A program made the position numbers and the translations under genes. Below the pieces are notes generated by a model that had not been told where the DNA came from, ran no database searches, and saw nothing but the letters and a program-made list of their open reading frames with translations. From positions 8,866,001 through 8,930,000 of the forward strand of contig CM120641.1 of NCBI GenBank assembly GCA_051362555.1: a stretch of 64,000 bases of DNA. Direction: 5' to 3'. Positions 24,906 to 38,971 of this stretch are shown here, one piece after another. The DNA is from Lingula anatina. Its lineage: Eukaryota; Animalia; Brachiopoda. How positions within the stretch are numbered: the stretch's first letter is position 1; each line of letters starts with the position of its first letter.

Positions 24906-26567
24906 TCTGCTTCGACTGATGTCAAGTCATCTTCAAGCAATTTCCTGCAATAGATAAATCCATAGAAAAGGAGACAGGGACACATTACCTGCCTAGATAA
25001 ATATGATATGAAATGAGCTTTCTGTAAAATTAGCATTCCAATAAAATCTACCCTTCTTGCAATACTGAAGCCTTGGAACTTAATGGACTGGAACACCATA
25101 CAAGGGTACAATTCTACATCTCTGGGCAATTATTAATTCTAGGAGCTCTGAGAAATGATCAAATAGCACACGTTTCTTGTCTTACTGAAATGTGTATGGC
25201 CTTTAAATGTCAGCAGCAAGCTACATTTTATTCTGATAATATATACAATATACCTACCAGTGAGAATTATATTCCACCACGAAATGAAACTGCAGACCCC
25301 TATGTTTATATGAGATGCAAACTGATGAATGTTTTGTAAATGATTACGTGTGTGCCAACTGGTATATACCACAATTTATTTACTTCAGACTTACCTATTG
25401 TGGTGCCAGTCATTGGAAAATATCAAAATCTTAAATCTCTTCTAGAGAAGACTAACTCCTTCTGCAGATACTTCTCATACCATTAAACTGCCCATCATTT
25501 GCAGATATCTTAAAACAATAAATAAAAAGAATATATAAAAGGGTTGTTTTTGCATGATAATAGGAACATGATAAGCAAGTACAAATACCATTATATATGC
25601 AAGTTGTATTGTGAGCTATCTGACATATTTTCACACAAAACATATACTATTGAACAAAAACATGCTTGGGATTTTTTCAAACCAGAAAATAAATTAATAG
25701 CTTTATAGGCCAATCAACACTGTTCTCAAACTATGTGTATAACTATTTTTATTGCACTGTGAAAGACAGAATGGTCTACAATAGAATTAGCATCAAACAA
25801 GGGAAATGGACTGTAAAAAAGCAGGGACCATAGGTATAAATGCACAGAGTTGCCTGTACCTCTTACCTGAATAGATCATAAGGTTATCTCTAAAACTATT
25901 CTTAATACAAGATTGCGACCTTAGCCGCAATCCCATTTATGATGCGAAATAATGAGTAGGGAGTCGCCCTGACGCCATTAAACAGCCACTTGTGCCTCCA
26001 CCGCACTTGTTTCATCATCTTGATTCTTAATGGGCATTATAAAACTTGGTGCCCCAATGCTCTGACAAAGGCAAAAATACCACTAGTAAACCACTGAATC
26101 ACTAACAAACCATTTTGCAGCACCTTCTGAAGTGATCGCCTCCATGCAGTAAGATGTGACTCATCACTACAATCTTTCACTGATCAATCTCAAAGTTATA
26201 AATAGGTCTGTCTCATTAAGAACAGGAAGGCATGCAGATTAAAAATGGAAAATGTAATGGCTGTGTTTTGTTAACCAGCAATGTAATCTAATAAAATTTC
26301 AGTTTAATACTATTTTATTTGGAGCAAATAAGTCTTATTCACCTCTGAAATTTGTAGAAAAATATAAATGGTTTAAGAAAATACATTTTCACTAGTATAT
26401 AACAAAAATTATTATAATATTAATATACATGCACACAAAAAAATTTATATTGATGATTAAAAAGTTGTCATATGCCAGTACTGAGTTGTCACATACAAAA
26501 AAATCCACAGACCAACCAGAGGTAAAATTAAAGGGATAATAACTGCTGGTTTTGGACAAACAAAAAA

Positions 26568-26843
26568 CAGACCTACCCAACTACCAGATTCGGCACATAT
26601 GGATCCTGAATTAACCGGTATATCGGATCACACAACCCGTTTTCAAGGTGTGTGTCAGATCGCATTTCGGAGTATCATACCCCAGAACAAATTTTGTAGG
26701 ACGACCGCGGGCTTATCCTGTCAGTGTTCTGACTGATACTCCGAAATGCAATCTGACACACACCTTGAAAACGGGTAGTGTGGTCCGATATACCGGTTAA
26801 TTCAGGATCCTTATGTGCCAAGTCTGGTAGTTGGGTAGGCCTG
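26568..26843. mobile_element. Palindromic MITE with approximately 100-bp TIRs and 5-bp TSD; short derivative of the element at 40241-41184
   Basis: CAGACCTACCCAACTACCAGA ... TCTGGTAGTTGGGTAGGCCTG, flanked by AAAAA on both sides. Confidence 0.8.
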
Positions 26844-28368
26844 AAAAAGGATTTCCCTGGGGTGAAGAGCAGTTTTCCTATACTTGCCCAGGCCCTTAGC
26901 CAGCAACTTCCAAGGGGATTGGAGGGGGGGGGCTTTTTTTCTGAAAAAGTGGACCTTATACCATGAAACCTTCATGTACCTTTATTAAATTTTATCCCGA
27001 GCAGACCTTTTCCCAGCAAGAAGGGCAGTTTGTTCGAACCCCCTTATATACAGGCCAGTTGCTAATGGTTAATGAATCTATTCCTACATTCAAAGGTCTG
27101 AGGCAAGTACAGATTCCAGAATTATTGTGATAACTGCTTTCTTGGTGGTAAAATGGAGTTAATTATATTTCTATGAGTTTTTTTACAATGTTTTTATTGT
27201 AACATTTGGATCTTATACGAACAGCTGTCATCCCTTTAAGTTGGGATCTCATTATTTTTAACTAAAAATTGGAGACTCTCAAGCATTCAGGCTTCTTCAT
27301 CTCTCAACCTTCAAATTTTCTCACTTAATTATAATTGGACCCTCACATCTTGCAGTGGGCTTAATTGAAGTTTACCCAGCCAATCATGAAGAATGTAATC
27401 TAGATTTTATGGTTCCAAAGAGGGCCATATGATGTGGTTAATAAACATACATTAAGAATTGATTTTACATATTTGCTCTTCTACATGTAGCATACATGTA
27501 TGTTACAGAATAACAACTGCTGAACATTGTAACAGTGGATATCATTGGTAATGTAAACTGACATTACAGCAAAATATCTGTACTTTATAATGGGTCAACT
27601 GAAGTCTGTACTAATTGCAAGATGCCTGACCAATGCTTTCTCATATCATCATTTCTTCAAGGTATTCATGGGTTTCAAAAAAAACAATTACTCTAATTGC
27701 TATCCTTTGGTGGAAACTGAGGGAGCTAAAATCAATTACAACAAAAAACAGCAAGTTGTCTAGCAATCTACTAGCCCTAGACCAAGATCACACCACAGGG
27801 ACACAAAACTTGATGGCAAATTGAAGTAGAAAGAGTTCTTCGGTCATCATGTCTAAGTCACTGAGTGCAATATTTAGAATTTAGAATAAAGCTTACTGTA
27901 ACTTAAATTGAGTCTGACCGGAAAATACCTGTACTGAAACAATGTCAAAAGCCTAATTTTCTATCAAAAAGATTTGATTACTTTGTTCATCTTATTTGAA
28001 GCTCTTCCATGCACTGGGTTCAAAATTCACTTTAATTACTTATTTTCATTATCCATTGACCAATATTCAAGTTTTTCCTTTTTTAGAAATTTCTGATCGA
28101 GCTAAGTTCACATTGATGAGTGTTATGTTATACTATCTGTGTAGTTCTAAGGTACATGTATATCATGGCATGTTCACATTATCCAAACCTCTGTGCAGCT
28201 CATTTCTCTTGGAGGAGGGTTATTTTTAAACACTGATTGATCTAAAACCAGCAGGAATGCAAAAACAATGTTGTTCCTTGAAAGGATGCCACAGGAGTAG
28301 CAGCAGATAAGAAAAATCTACAGTTACATTCCCTGAGCCCTTTAGAAAACTTAGTTTTATTTCAATAA

Positions 28369-28405
<37 letters not shown>

Positions 28406-28550
28406 AGAGAGAGAGAAAGAGAAAGAAAGAGAGACTATAACCTGTGAGGGTATGGGAGGTGCTATGTTCAGAGGTCAGTTTAGACCCAATTTTACAATAT
28501 AACATTAAAACTTCAATCTACCGTTGGCAATAAAACAGCTTCGTTGCAAT

Positions 28551-29009
28551 AACTCTTCTGTAATCCCAAATAAACCAGCCATACCTCCGGAATTGCATTC
28601 TCAATATAATCAGACATCTACACTGTACTATATATATATATATATATAGTGATGTTAAAACTAAAATGTCTTTTGTTCAAAAAAATTCACTAGTTGCAAT
28701 CGGTAGTAGTCTGAATTGCTTGAGGATCTGTTTAAGGTATCCTATTCAAAATTTTCCTGTCAAATCAAATTTTCCTCGAAACTCTTCTGTAATCCCAAAT
28801 AAACCAGCCATACCTCCGGAATTGCATTCTCAATATAATCAGACATCTACACTGTACTATATATATATATATATATAGTGATGTTAAAACTAAAATGTCT
28901 TTTGTTCAAAAAAATTCACTAGTTGCAATCGGTAGTAGTCTGAATTGCTTGAGGATCTGTTTAAGGTATCCTATTCAAAATTTTCCTGTCAAATCAAATT
29001 TTCCTCGAA
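28551..29009. repeat. Perfect 229-bp tandem duplication
   Basis: AACTCTTCTGTAATCCC starts at both 28551 and 28780. The copies read as identical, including (TA)10. Confidence 0.9.
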
Positions 29010-30028
29010 AAAAAAATCAATTTTTTTCCTACTCACAAATCACTGATCCTGACCTTGGAGATAATTTTTAACATATATACCAATTCTAATTAAATCATTT
29101 ATTTCTGCAGTTGCATTCTCAGCAGTGGAGTAATAATTAGTCTGCAGATCAAATATGGCTGACCCACTTGAATGCTTGGTGCATGATCTCCGCAGGGAAC
29201 TATTCATGCAGGATTAGTCAGCAAGCTTTTAAGTTGGTCACCATATTGATCAGCAGACTAGTTAGGCCTGCTGTTTTGAATGTGGCCTTAATGACTGTCC
29301 AGTCACTTAGCTCATTGTAACTTCCTCCACATTTCAGAAGGAATTCAATATATCAATAAAGGGTAAGTTTATTTGAGGGGATTTATCTTTTTGAAGATAT
29401 TAATTAATCTGAAAAAACAAGTAGTTTTGCAAGATATGCAGACAAAGAAGTTAATACATTGGGATTTTTTCAAAGAAGATAGTATAACTTCAGTGATAAT
29501 GATTATAATATGCCATGATGCAGGGTAACGAGGGCAATAACACATATGCAGGGATTGCTGACAACCTAACATGAATAGATAATGTCTATGAGACCAAATG
29601 CAATCTGCTCTGCAATTTCAATTTATGACAAGCTCTGATGTTTAATAAGTATGTGTGTGTGTGTATGTGTTTGTGTGTGTGTGAGTGCGTGCGTGCGTGC
29701 TCGCCCGAGCGTTTGTCAATCAACACTCCTCATTTGGTTTATCGTGCGCACTGAATTTGTTATAATGCACATAGATTAAATATGTGCGTCATGTTTCCAT
29801 ATGAACTTAACGTTCAAACAACATATCATTAGTGCAGCATGAGAATATCCAGAGTAGCAAACGCTAAAACAAACGCATCTGGTTTTTTTGTGAACAGATT
29901 TAAAAAATCGAGCCAGGGTAGGTCTAAGAACGAGACGAGCACTGTCAGAACTTGAGAAGCAACGAGGCAAACTCTGATACAATTAGAGGGTTAATTACAA
30001 AGTAAAACATTTGAGGCGTCTCCCTACC

Positions 30029-30240
30029 TTTAGTCTGTGTGGGTTCTCGTTTGTAGTGCTACTTTTCAAAACTCTAATAACTTGACAAGGACCCAACGCA
30101 AAAATTATGCAGATGCAACACGAACTTCAACCTCGACGTTCTATTTTGTTTGGGTTTTGTAATATTGACAATAGATGTCGTGCCAAGACAAGCCACAGCA
30201 AAATTGCTGTTCCGCCGGAACACTGCTCGGCGAGTACCGA
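30029..30240 (-). promoter_or_regulatory. Candidate first non-coding exon/promoter of the SOCS-box gene
   Basis: Donor AAG|GTAGGG near 30028 and a CpG-enriched patch around 30170-30240, located just downstream of the SPOCK-like 3'UTR. Confidence 0.35.
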
Positions 30241-31357
30241 CTAGAAAGTTGCAATTAGCCTATTCCAATTTAAACAAGTTTGTTCTAATTTAGATACAGT
30301 GCCAACATAATTACCCCAAAGTAGTTTATTTGAAGAACACACAAGGTATTTTCAAACCATTTTATTGCTTCTGTATCTTAAAATGAGTTCCCTACTTCAG
30401 AATAAGGTTAAACATCTTTTATTTGTAAAATTCTATCTGAAAAATGGTTCTTCAAGACAACTCACGATAAAAGAAACATTCTCTTACTGTATAGAACAGA
30501 AGCCTTGTGACCTAACAAATGCAAACAAATTTCACAACCGTTGTGGAATTAAAAATCGTAACTTGCTTACAATGGTGCTGGAGAAATTAGGTCTATATTG
30601 TGTTGAAATAGTAAATTCAAAAGTATGTTACATGGCTCTTCTGGTAATATCATCGATTTTCATCAAAGAGGTACCTTTTAGGTCAGGAGGAATTTTCTTC
30701 AACTGCATGTAATAAAGCCAAAAAAGATAAAAAATACCCAATGTAGAAATCAAAAATTTTGGAATATTATAAATAACTCTACTTTTTCTTATGATAGGCC
30801 TTGGTAAATCTATTATATATATATTTTTGAAAATAAATGCAACATGTTACTTTAAATTCATGAGTCAGATCTCAAATTCTTATTCAAAAGCACAAAATGT
30901 ATGCTATTACTAGGTGGGTACACTTGGCAAGCGATAATAATATTCATAAAACTTTGTAAAAGCAAGCTCTATATGTAAAGTTCAGCATAAAAATTTAAAT
31001 CACAATTACTCTGCTTTAAATCACAAGCATATCTCAGATATCTACATGAAGTATTACAAATAGTTCTTCGTATGCATCTATTTCTCTAACATACATGACA
31101 TCTGCACATAAAAAATGTTTTGAACTGCTTGATACATGTAAAAAATCAACATTTACCAAAAAGTGCAAGCTAGGTTTTCATAGACGTCCTTTTAATAATT
31201 AAGTACATTCTTGCATAATTGTATCATCATCAGCAATAACAGAGATAGGATGTCATGCTAGAGATCTCTCCTATAATGCTTAATTCACTGTCCTTAATAC
31301 CCTTATGATTGGAAGCTGTGCTGGTAAAAAGACATCTGATATGGTTCTTCTAAATGC

Positions 31358-34300
31358 TTAGTCTGAAAAAAAAAATAGGTCATTTCATAAATCTGTTGAA
31401 TCTTGTACATGATAATATAAGCAATACAAATGGATATGCCTTTTAATGAAAAAAAAACTTTAAGGTACACAAAATATTATCCAATGAAATTATCAACTTG
31501 CACATTGCAAAAAGGAAATATTCTCACCCCAAGTGAAAATATTTTCATTCAGTTCATTTCCATGGAAGAAACAGATTCTTATAATTCTTGAACAGTAATT
31601 CTTGCCAAGTAGGTTAAACCACAAGATAATATAACTTGGGGTAGTAGCTTAACAGAGAGGGTCCAGTATCACTTACCACATTTGGCCTCTCCCCTCTTGC
31701 GAGTGTTCCCTATTTCTCTGCCATGCTGGTCCACACACCAACACTCCCCAGTACTGCCATGACACTGCTGTGCCTTGAAAAACCCATCTTCATCACACTG
31801 TGGCAGAAATGCACCTGACAGCATAACAAAGATGGTTATATATCTATCATAAATTAAAGGGAAACTACAATAGACACAGAATCAAATCTGAATTTCTTGT
31901 ACTGATCTTCAACTTGAGCTTTCTTCAAGTTTGTAAAATATGTTAGGTATAAATGATGCACAAATTAAATATACATACCCCTTGCAATCACATTTTCTTA
32001 CTCCCCCCCCCCCCCCCCAAACACGCACTGTTACATAATAAATAGAAATTTTCATTACAGAAAATGCTTTGTTTTTAGAGCACAAAATCATACCTGGCAT
32101 CAACTGTGGTTGTCCTCCTAGAAGAGTGGCCGGAGTTTTCTTCAGTGCTTCAAAACAAGGTGGGACTAAAAGAAAACAATTACAAGAAAATAAGAATATG
32201 TTTTCACCTTATAAGTATCAGCTCCAATTCTACATTAACAAAACTTTCTGCAATATCAATAAACAAGGCAGCAAAGCTGTCAAATGTACAGACAAAGAAC
32301 AGAAAATAAAGATGCAAATAAGTGAAAAATTAAATTTTCACACAAAACTGTTAAATTGCCAGAAAAATTTACCAAACAGACTGCGTTGCCTATTGAAGCT
32401 GTATGTTAGACCCATGTTTCTTTCCTGTAAGTTTGAGAACAGTAAGTGACATGATTTCCCTTAAATGGTCATCATAGGAGCAGTGCCCAAAATAGGGGTT
32501 TCTTCTAATTTTGATGCAACATTACATAATGTTTAACAGCATAATGACAATCAAATGTTATTAAAAAAATATTAGTAACATGGACATTCAGAAAATGTGA
32601 CAAGCAAAAGTCTTCAAGATCATGGAACTTTAAAGTCACACCTTGAAAATGCCAATACAATTGGCCAATCCGTTTTTCTTATATTGTGTTATCAGTGTTG
32701 CATTTATATTGAAAATAGTGAAAAAACAGCATAAATTCCCTCAAAATAGCCTAATCATGCCGATTATCGAACTTGACCTGCGTATTATGAATATTCATCA
32801 GTTCTGTAAGTTTCAAGTCAAAAGGTAAAATGGTTTTCCACTTATCGTGTTATCGGTGCTGCATATATGCTGAAAAAAGTGAAAAAACAGCATAAATTAC
32901 CTAAAAGTGACCCGATCATGCTGATTTTCGAACTTGACCTGCGTATTATGAATATTCATCAGTTCTGTAAGTTTCAAGTCAAAAGGTAAAATGGTTTTCC
33001 ACTTATCGTGCTATCGGTGCTGCATATATGCTGAAAAAAGTGAAAAAACAGCATAAATTCCCTAAAAGTGACCCGATCATGCTGATTTTCAGACTTGACC
33101 TGCGTATTATGAATATTCATCAGTTCTGTAAGTTTCAAGTCAAAAGGTAAAATGGTTTTCCACTTATCGTGTTATCGGTGCTGCATATATGCTGAAAAAA
33201 GTGAAAAAACTGCATAAATTCCCTAAAGGGGCCCGATCATGCTGATTTTCGAACTTGACCTGCGTTTTATGAATATTCATCAGTTCTGCAAGTTTCAAGT
33301 CAAAAGGTAAAATGGTTTTCCACTTATCGTGTTATCGGTAAAAGTGCACGGCGACGACGGCAACGACGACGACAGACGCAGATGATGGCTATATGTACAG
33401 ACACATCTGTGTCTGTACATAAAAACTGACAATGTTTTTTCAATAAAATAACTCATTTCGACTCGAAATCTTGGGGCATTTTTATAAAATGTATAGTCAA
33501 CACTTGACACTCCTCCAAAGGACAAGGTTGTTAAAAGCATGGCTAAAAACAACAAAAACTGGCTAAAGAAAATTTGTATCATTAATTTGACAGAAAGATT
33601 TCCAGACCTTAACTTGATGTTTTAAGTTAGGGTGTGAAAACTAAGGAATTTCACTTACCCACATGAGCAAAACAACAACACCATTCCTTGTCAGATAGTT
33701 TAGTGTCCTTGTTGGTGTCACATTTTTCCAGGAATGGCTTCATGCAATGTTCATAGCCATTGTTCTCTACATCATTCAGTTCAGCTGTGGTCAAGTAGGT
33801 GTCCTCATCCTTGTCCATCTTCTGGAACACGTACCCCACTGGACCAATGCAAGTGCAATCACCTGTGCAGACATAGTCAAGATCAACTTTATTATTTATA
33901 AACACAATTTCAAGATAACATTAAAATACTTTCCATTTTGATGTATTTATTTTACCATATAAACTGTACAAGTGTTTACTATGTATGACTTATTTTTTAA
34001 TGTCTTTCACTAACATGTTATCTCACTCATTAATATATGAACACTTACGGATTTGCAATATACGAACATAGATAAGAATTGCTACAAATATTACTTGAGA
34101 CCACTGTCAATAAAAGTTATGATCAAAAAACATCTATAATTTAGCATTTAAACCTCCTCTTACCTTCTTGACCCAATTCCTTCTTGACACTCCTCTTGTG
34201 CCTCTTTCCTCCATTCTTGTGTTTCTTTCCACCTTTCTTGTGCTTCTTTTCCTTCTCTTTGTGTTTCTCGCTGTCTGGGTGATGGTCTCTGTAGTCTTGG

Positions 34301-37300
34301 TCTTGCTGGGCCTTAAACCAGTCCAACATTCTCTTTCCCATCACATCCATCTCCCTAGGGGTGCACTCGCCTTTTTGTCAGAAAAAATCATGGCTCTCAA
34401 TTATTCTTTTAACTTAATGTAACACTTGTGATGCTTGGTTAATTATTGCAATAATTAAATATTTTTTATATCTAACTTTCACTTTTAAAACAATCTATGA
34501 TTTCTCAAGCAAAAGATCACAGAAAAGGAGAGGTTATGTAAAGGTGAGTGAAAGTTCTAATCAGTGCCTGACAAGAAGTCAATAACATGGAATGTTGTCA
34601 TAATAACTATAATGAAGCACAAGCGCTTAAAACAACTTTTGCTACTTATGATATCAAAATGCTGCACTCTTCAAAAATTGTTTAATTACCGAGTAAAACT
34701 GGCTTCTCTTTTCCAGCCATCACTTCCTTAATGTGCTTGTGCTTGCCATGTTTGTTATGAGAGAGCTTCAAATGTTCCATGTGGGTTTCAATGTGGACAT
34801 TGGGTGCATCTTTTGACTTCACAACATCTAATGCCACCTGAACATGGTCCTTCTTGTCCTGAAATAATATATATCATAGAAGTGACACAAAGAAAAATAC
34901 TAAAACTATTACATGGATGCTATAAATAAAATACATTTTCATGTACTTATATCTACTGTGTAACTGAATACAGTTGTGTTGACTTCAAAATAACATCAGT
35001 TTTTGCCTAGTATTCTACCTACCTTAAAAACCTTCCTCATATGTTTTGCCTGCACTTCATTTTCTGGTTTCTGAATTAAAGTGATAATCAAATGTAAATA
35101 ACCTTTAATGATTTGAGGTGCAACTCGTTAGAAGATATTTTATTTAAGGCAATCATGTCAGTCAATATTTTACAAAAATGGACTCTTTTCAATCAGTAAT
35201 AAGAATATTATATATATATATACTATCTTTTAAGCTGGCTGTTCAAGCCATTCAAGCAAAAAAAAAAAAAAAAAAAAAAACATACTCTTATGTCTTTAAG
35301 AATGTCTTCAATCTTGTTCTCCACCTCCAATTTGGTATGTTGAACAGCTCTCATACGGGAACTAAAATCAGTGAATAAAGAAAGTAAACTGCAATATTAT
35401 GTAAACAAATGAACCATGTAAATAACTGACCTTTTCTTACATAAAAAAAACACCACTTATTTCAAACATACAAAAAACTTAACTGTTTTAACATTGCACC
35501 TAAGTTTTCAAAACCCGTAGTTATCATAGACACAGGCCACTATAAGCATTATGAAAGGTTTTTACACTAAACAAAGTCAACTGATCAGGTGTGTGGTGAA
35601 GGGGGTAGTGTTAACTTACATCCTTCGTAAATCCCTCTTTGCCACGCACATGACCTGCTTGGTGTCCTTGTTGAACAGGCATACATGATGCTTCTTGCAC
35701 TTGAGTCTCTTGCAAGCAGCACCTGTAAAGACGTCATCAGTTTAACTTACTGGCTGATCATTGAGCTAATACTCATCATGAAAAGGAGCAACCGGCATAG
35801 TTGAGTGCAACCGTCCTCAGCCAGCCTACAGCTGTGCAATGTTGGCCATTATATTAAAGTTGTGCAACAGCACTCTACCTAAAAAATGATGTACTTAACA
35901 ATAGCTATTGAGATAACTCCATCTGCTTTACCTTAAGATTACACCTGTCATCCATAACAAGTCGGGTTCATAACACACCATGGTAATGGCTCAATCATTT
36001 CAAACAGGAAAATTATGAATTTTAAAGATTCTGTATTTTTAAGTAATAAATTCTTACAATTAGAACATTCCTATTGAGTGGTATGTGGGTCCATGGTTTA
36101 AGTGGATAGAATGGCTAAGGGGCTTAGGCAGGTTGGCATGGACCCAACAGTTCTTGCTGATGAATGTGGGATCAAAAAGCAGACTACCTATACCAAAATG
36201 CTACATATAAATGTATTAAATTATGTATCTAAAATAGTGATAATTTTTCCTGGTTGAAATGACTGAGCCATTACCATGAGAAGCTTTTGCATGTACATTT
36301 CTTCCTGGTAGTAACATACAGGTAGCCATCTCACAAAAATTCCTCTCTCTTTAATTAATGATAACAATATCCGATTGCTTGGTTCAGAGGCACAAATTCT
36401 ACAGCCAGTTTTAAGTTTGAATGATCTATAGATATGGCCCTGCAGTCAAATCTTGACTGCAAGACACAATTCAAAACGTGCAATTCCTTTTCCCATTAGT
36501 TCTTGGTTGTGTCAAAGACCTGAGCAGGAAATACATTTGACCGTCTGGCAGTTACATTCTATACCTATATTCTTCTTGAAAGAAAGGGAAAGGCTACTAC
36601 TGTTTAAAAGTGAAGGGAAAATATTAAATTCAAATTGAAATACTTTATAGTCAACATCGTTCATATTACATAAAGCAGATACATTAGCCTTAATATGAAT
36701 CTTGTAGAGCATGACAAACTTCATAGAGTGCTTTTTCCACGAAATGAACAGATAACAAAAGAAACCTCCAAAGTGTAAAAGACCTATACAAAAATGGATG
36801 ATTGCTGATCTATTGATACTTGTTTGCTGAAAGAAATTTTCCCCAAAGGTATTTAGACTGAATAAACAGTGATAACTCAAATCCATGAGCTTCGATGCTC
36901 AGGTAACCACTTTATTTTCTTTTTTCCTTTTCAAACAGCACCAGACAATTTCCACAAAATACAATCATCAAACCATTCTGCACGTTACATACAGTTTGAA
37001 AGTGGGTGGGTAAACTCATTTCAGGAGACACATTCATCACAATCCTAGCGCACTCATCACAAAGCCACCAGACTTCTACTGATACTATCTTATAACATTC
37101 CTCAGGTGATAATCTTTCTTCTAGAAATGACTTAACTTGGATCTGATGTATTTCAGTTTTTTTTTAATTCATCTCTCTTTATCTGACAACTGAAATATGA
37201 TAGTTGTTTTAACATCTAGAGACAAACAGTTTTTTTTCACCATCCAGAGCTACAAGATATCACTGTGCACACAGTGTAGGACTGTCATCAAGTAAGTACT

Positions 37301-38971
37301 GAAATAACTTTGCTGTTATAAAACCATTCTCTATTCTTAAGAAGAATGAAGTTTACAATGACCCAAGACACAGGCTGGTTCCCCCAGCCAAGTGCAGGGG
37401 TGAAATAAAAGATAAAAAGGGCACAACAGTTAAGACCAAAGAATTTGTCATACACAAACTTTGTGTGATGCTCCCTTGAAATGGAAAGTATTCTCGTCAG
37501 CTATCTCACCTCAAAACCATTATCTGAATGATGCTACACAATGTATACATTCATTCAAATCTTTACCTTTTTTTATTTTCTTTGGCCATTGTCACACCAG
37601 TTTAAAATGGCAACATGAAAACCTAATTAATGGCACCTTTCTGAAAATTGGGAACTTTCTTTGTTACACATACACTCTTACTTCTTGTAAATAAAATACA
37701 TTCTATTTCTGGTAGATTATGTTAACTACAGGTCTGGTGATTTCAGGTGACATTTTACATATAGAAAACAATCCTATTAAAGCTGTATTTTATTAGGTGT
37801 TGGTGCATATTTGTTTGAATTAAGCAGTTGCGAACACTCCGATATAAAAAAGTTTTCTGTATTTATTTTGATTCTAGTGCTTAAGCAAAACATGTGCACA
37901 TAATCTTGTGAATGATCCAGTTGTGACCTTGTTTACCTTTCCACTAACCTCTGGCTCCACGCATAGCATAAAAAGCAACAAATCAAGCTGACAGTTAGAT
38001 AAGGCAAATCTCTTTACTCAACATGACTACACTGAGATCCCAAACCTGATCAAATTTATTAATAGTACATAGTTTAATGCATGCCACACTCAACATATAT
38101 CAGAAAACCTTTATGACATCTAACATGTTCAGCAAATGTATAAAAGCACACAAGAGACTGAAGAATTCCCCCAAGCTTTCCAAATTTAACACAAAAGTAA
38201 AAAAAAAAATGCAGGCTTATACGGGGAGGGGTGTCATCAAAACATATTACAAAGTATCCTGGCTCTCTTGGCCTTAAAATTAGTCCACTGCCTGATAATT
38301 TCAACTGCAGCATGTCTATCAAAGATTTATCAGTATTAAATATTCTTTTTCTCTGATTCTAGTCGACTAACAATATCTATGTGGTCTAAGGGCCTTGGAA
38401 CACAGAATTCAGTCAACGTTAAGATGTACTTACTGGACCCAGATGTGTCATAGTTAGTCATTTTCTTCCATTCTTCTTTGTAAACGCTGTCCCTGCTCTC
38501 CTTCTAAAAAATCAACCCAAACATCATAAAAACATAAAAACTGTCCCAGGAAACATCAAGTCAAAACTGTGATATTACATAATTCAAATCTCTTTACTAA
38601 ATTTTCTTTAGTGGGTTAAAAATCTGAGCTAGATATTCTTAACGTTAAAGTACCGACGAAGGTTCCACTGCTTATTCCATCACTAAATCAATTGCTAGCT
38701 GCTATTTAAACTTTGGTGTATTAATAATTTAAATAAATTCGCAATCAAAGTAAAATAGTACCACTGGCTTGTGTCCATCAAGCCCTCTACCGTGTCCTTT
38801 GTGGGGATGCTTATGCTTCTTGCCGTGGTGTCCACGAAAAAGCTCGCCATCTTGTTTCTCGTCGAAGACCACTCGGGATTTGTCCTGCGATTTGTGCTTG
38901 TGGTTCTTCGCACTCGCCAGCGACAGTACGAAGAGAAGTCCGAGGACTGCTAAAAAATATGAGGCCCGCAT
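31358..38971 (-). CDS. SPOCK: Testican/SPOCK (Cow)-like secreted protein, 433 aa, 11 coding exons
   Basis: Phase-consistent exons: 38971-38762 (signal peptide [21 protein letters not shown]), 38503-38434, 35722-35620 (follistatin-N [14 protein letters not shown]...MCV), 35361-35286, 35070-35023, 34858-34690, 34370-34164 ([19 protein letters not shown]), 33862-33659 (SPARC EF-hands [12 protein letters not shown] and [17 protein letters not shown]), 32165-32094, 31814-31677 (thyroglobulin type-1 PQCDEDGFF...CWCVD), 31362-31358 (D, stop). Total 1302 nt, open throughout. Confidence 0.88.
32262..33425 (+). mobile_element. Compact HINE family A copy in SPOCK-like intron 8, with four approximately 161-bp tandem units
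   Basis: Same AACAAGGCAGCAAAGCTGTCAAATGTACAGAC start and hairpin end. ACTTGACC recurs at 32771, 32932, 33093 and 33253. Confidence 0.75.
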
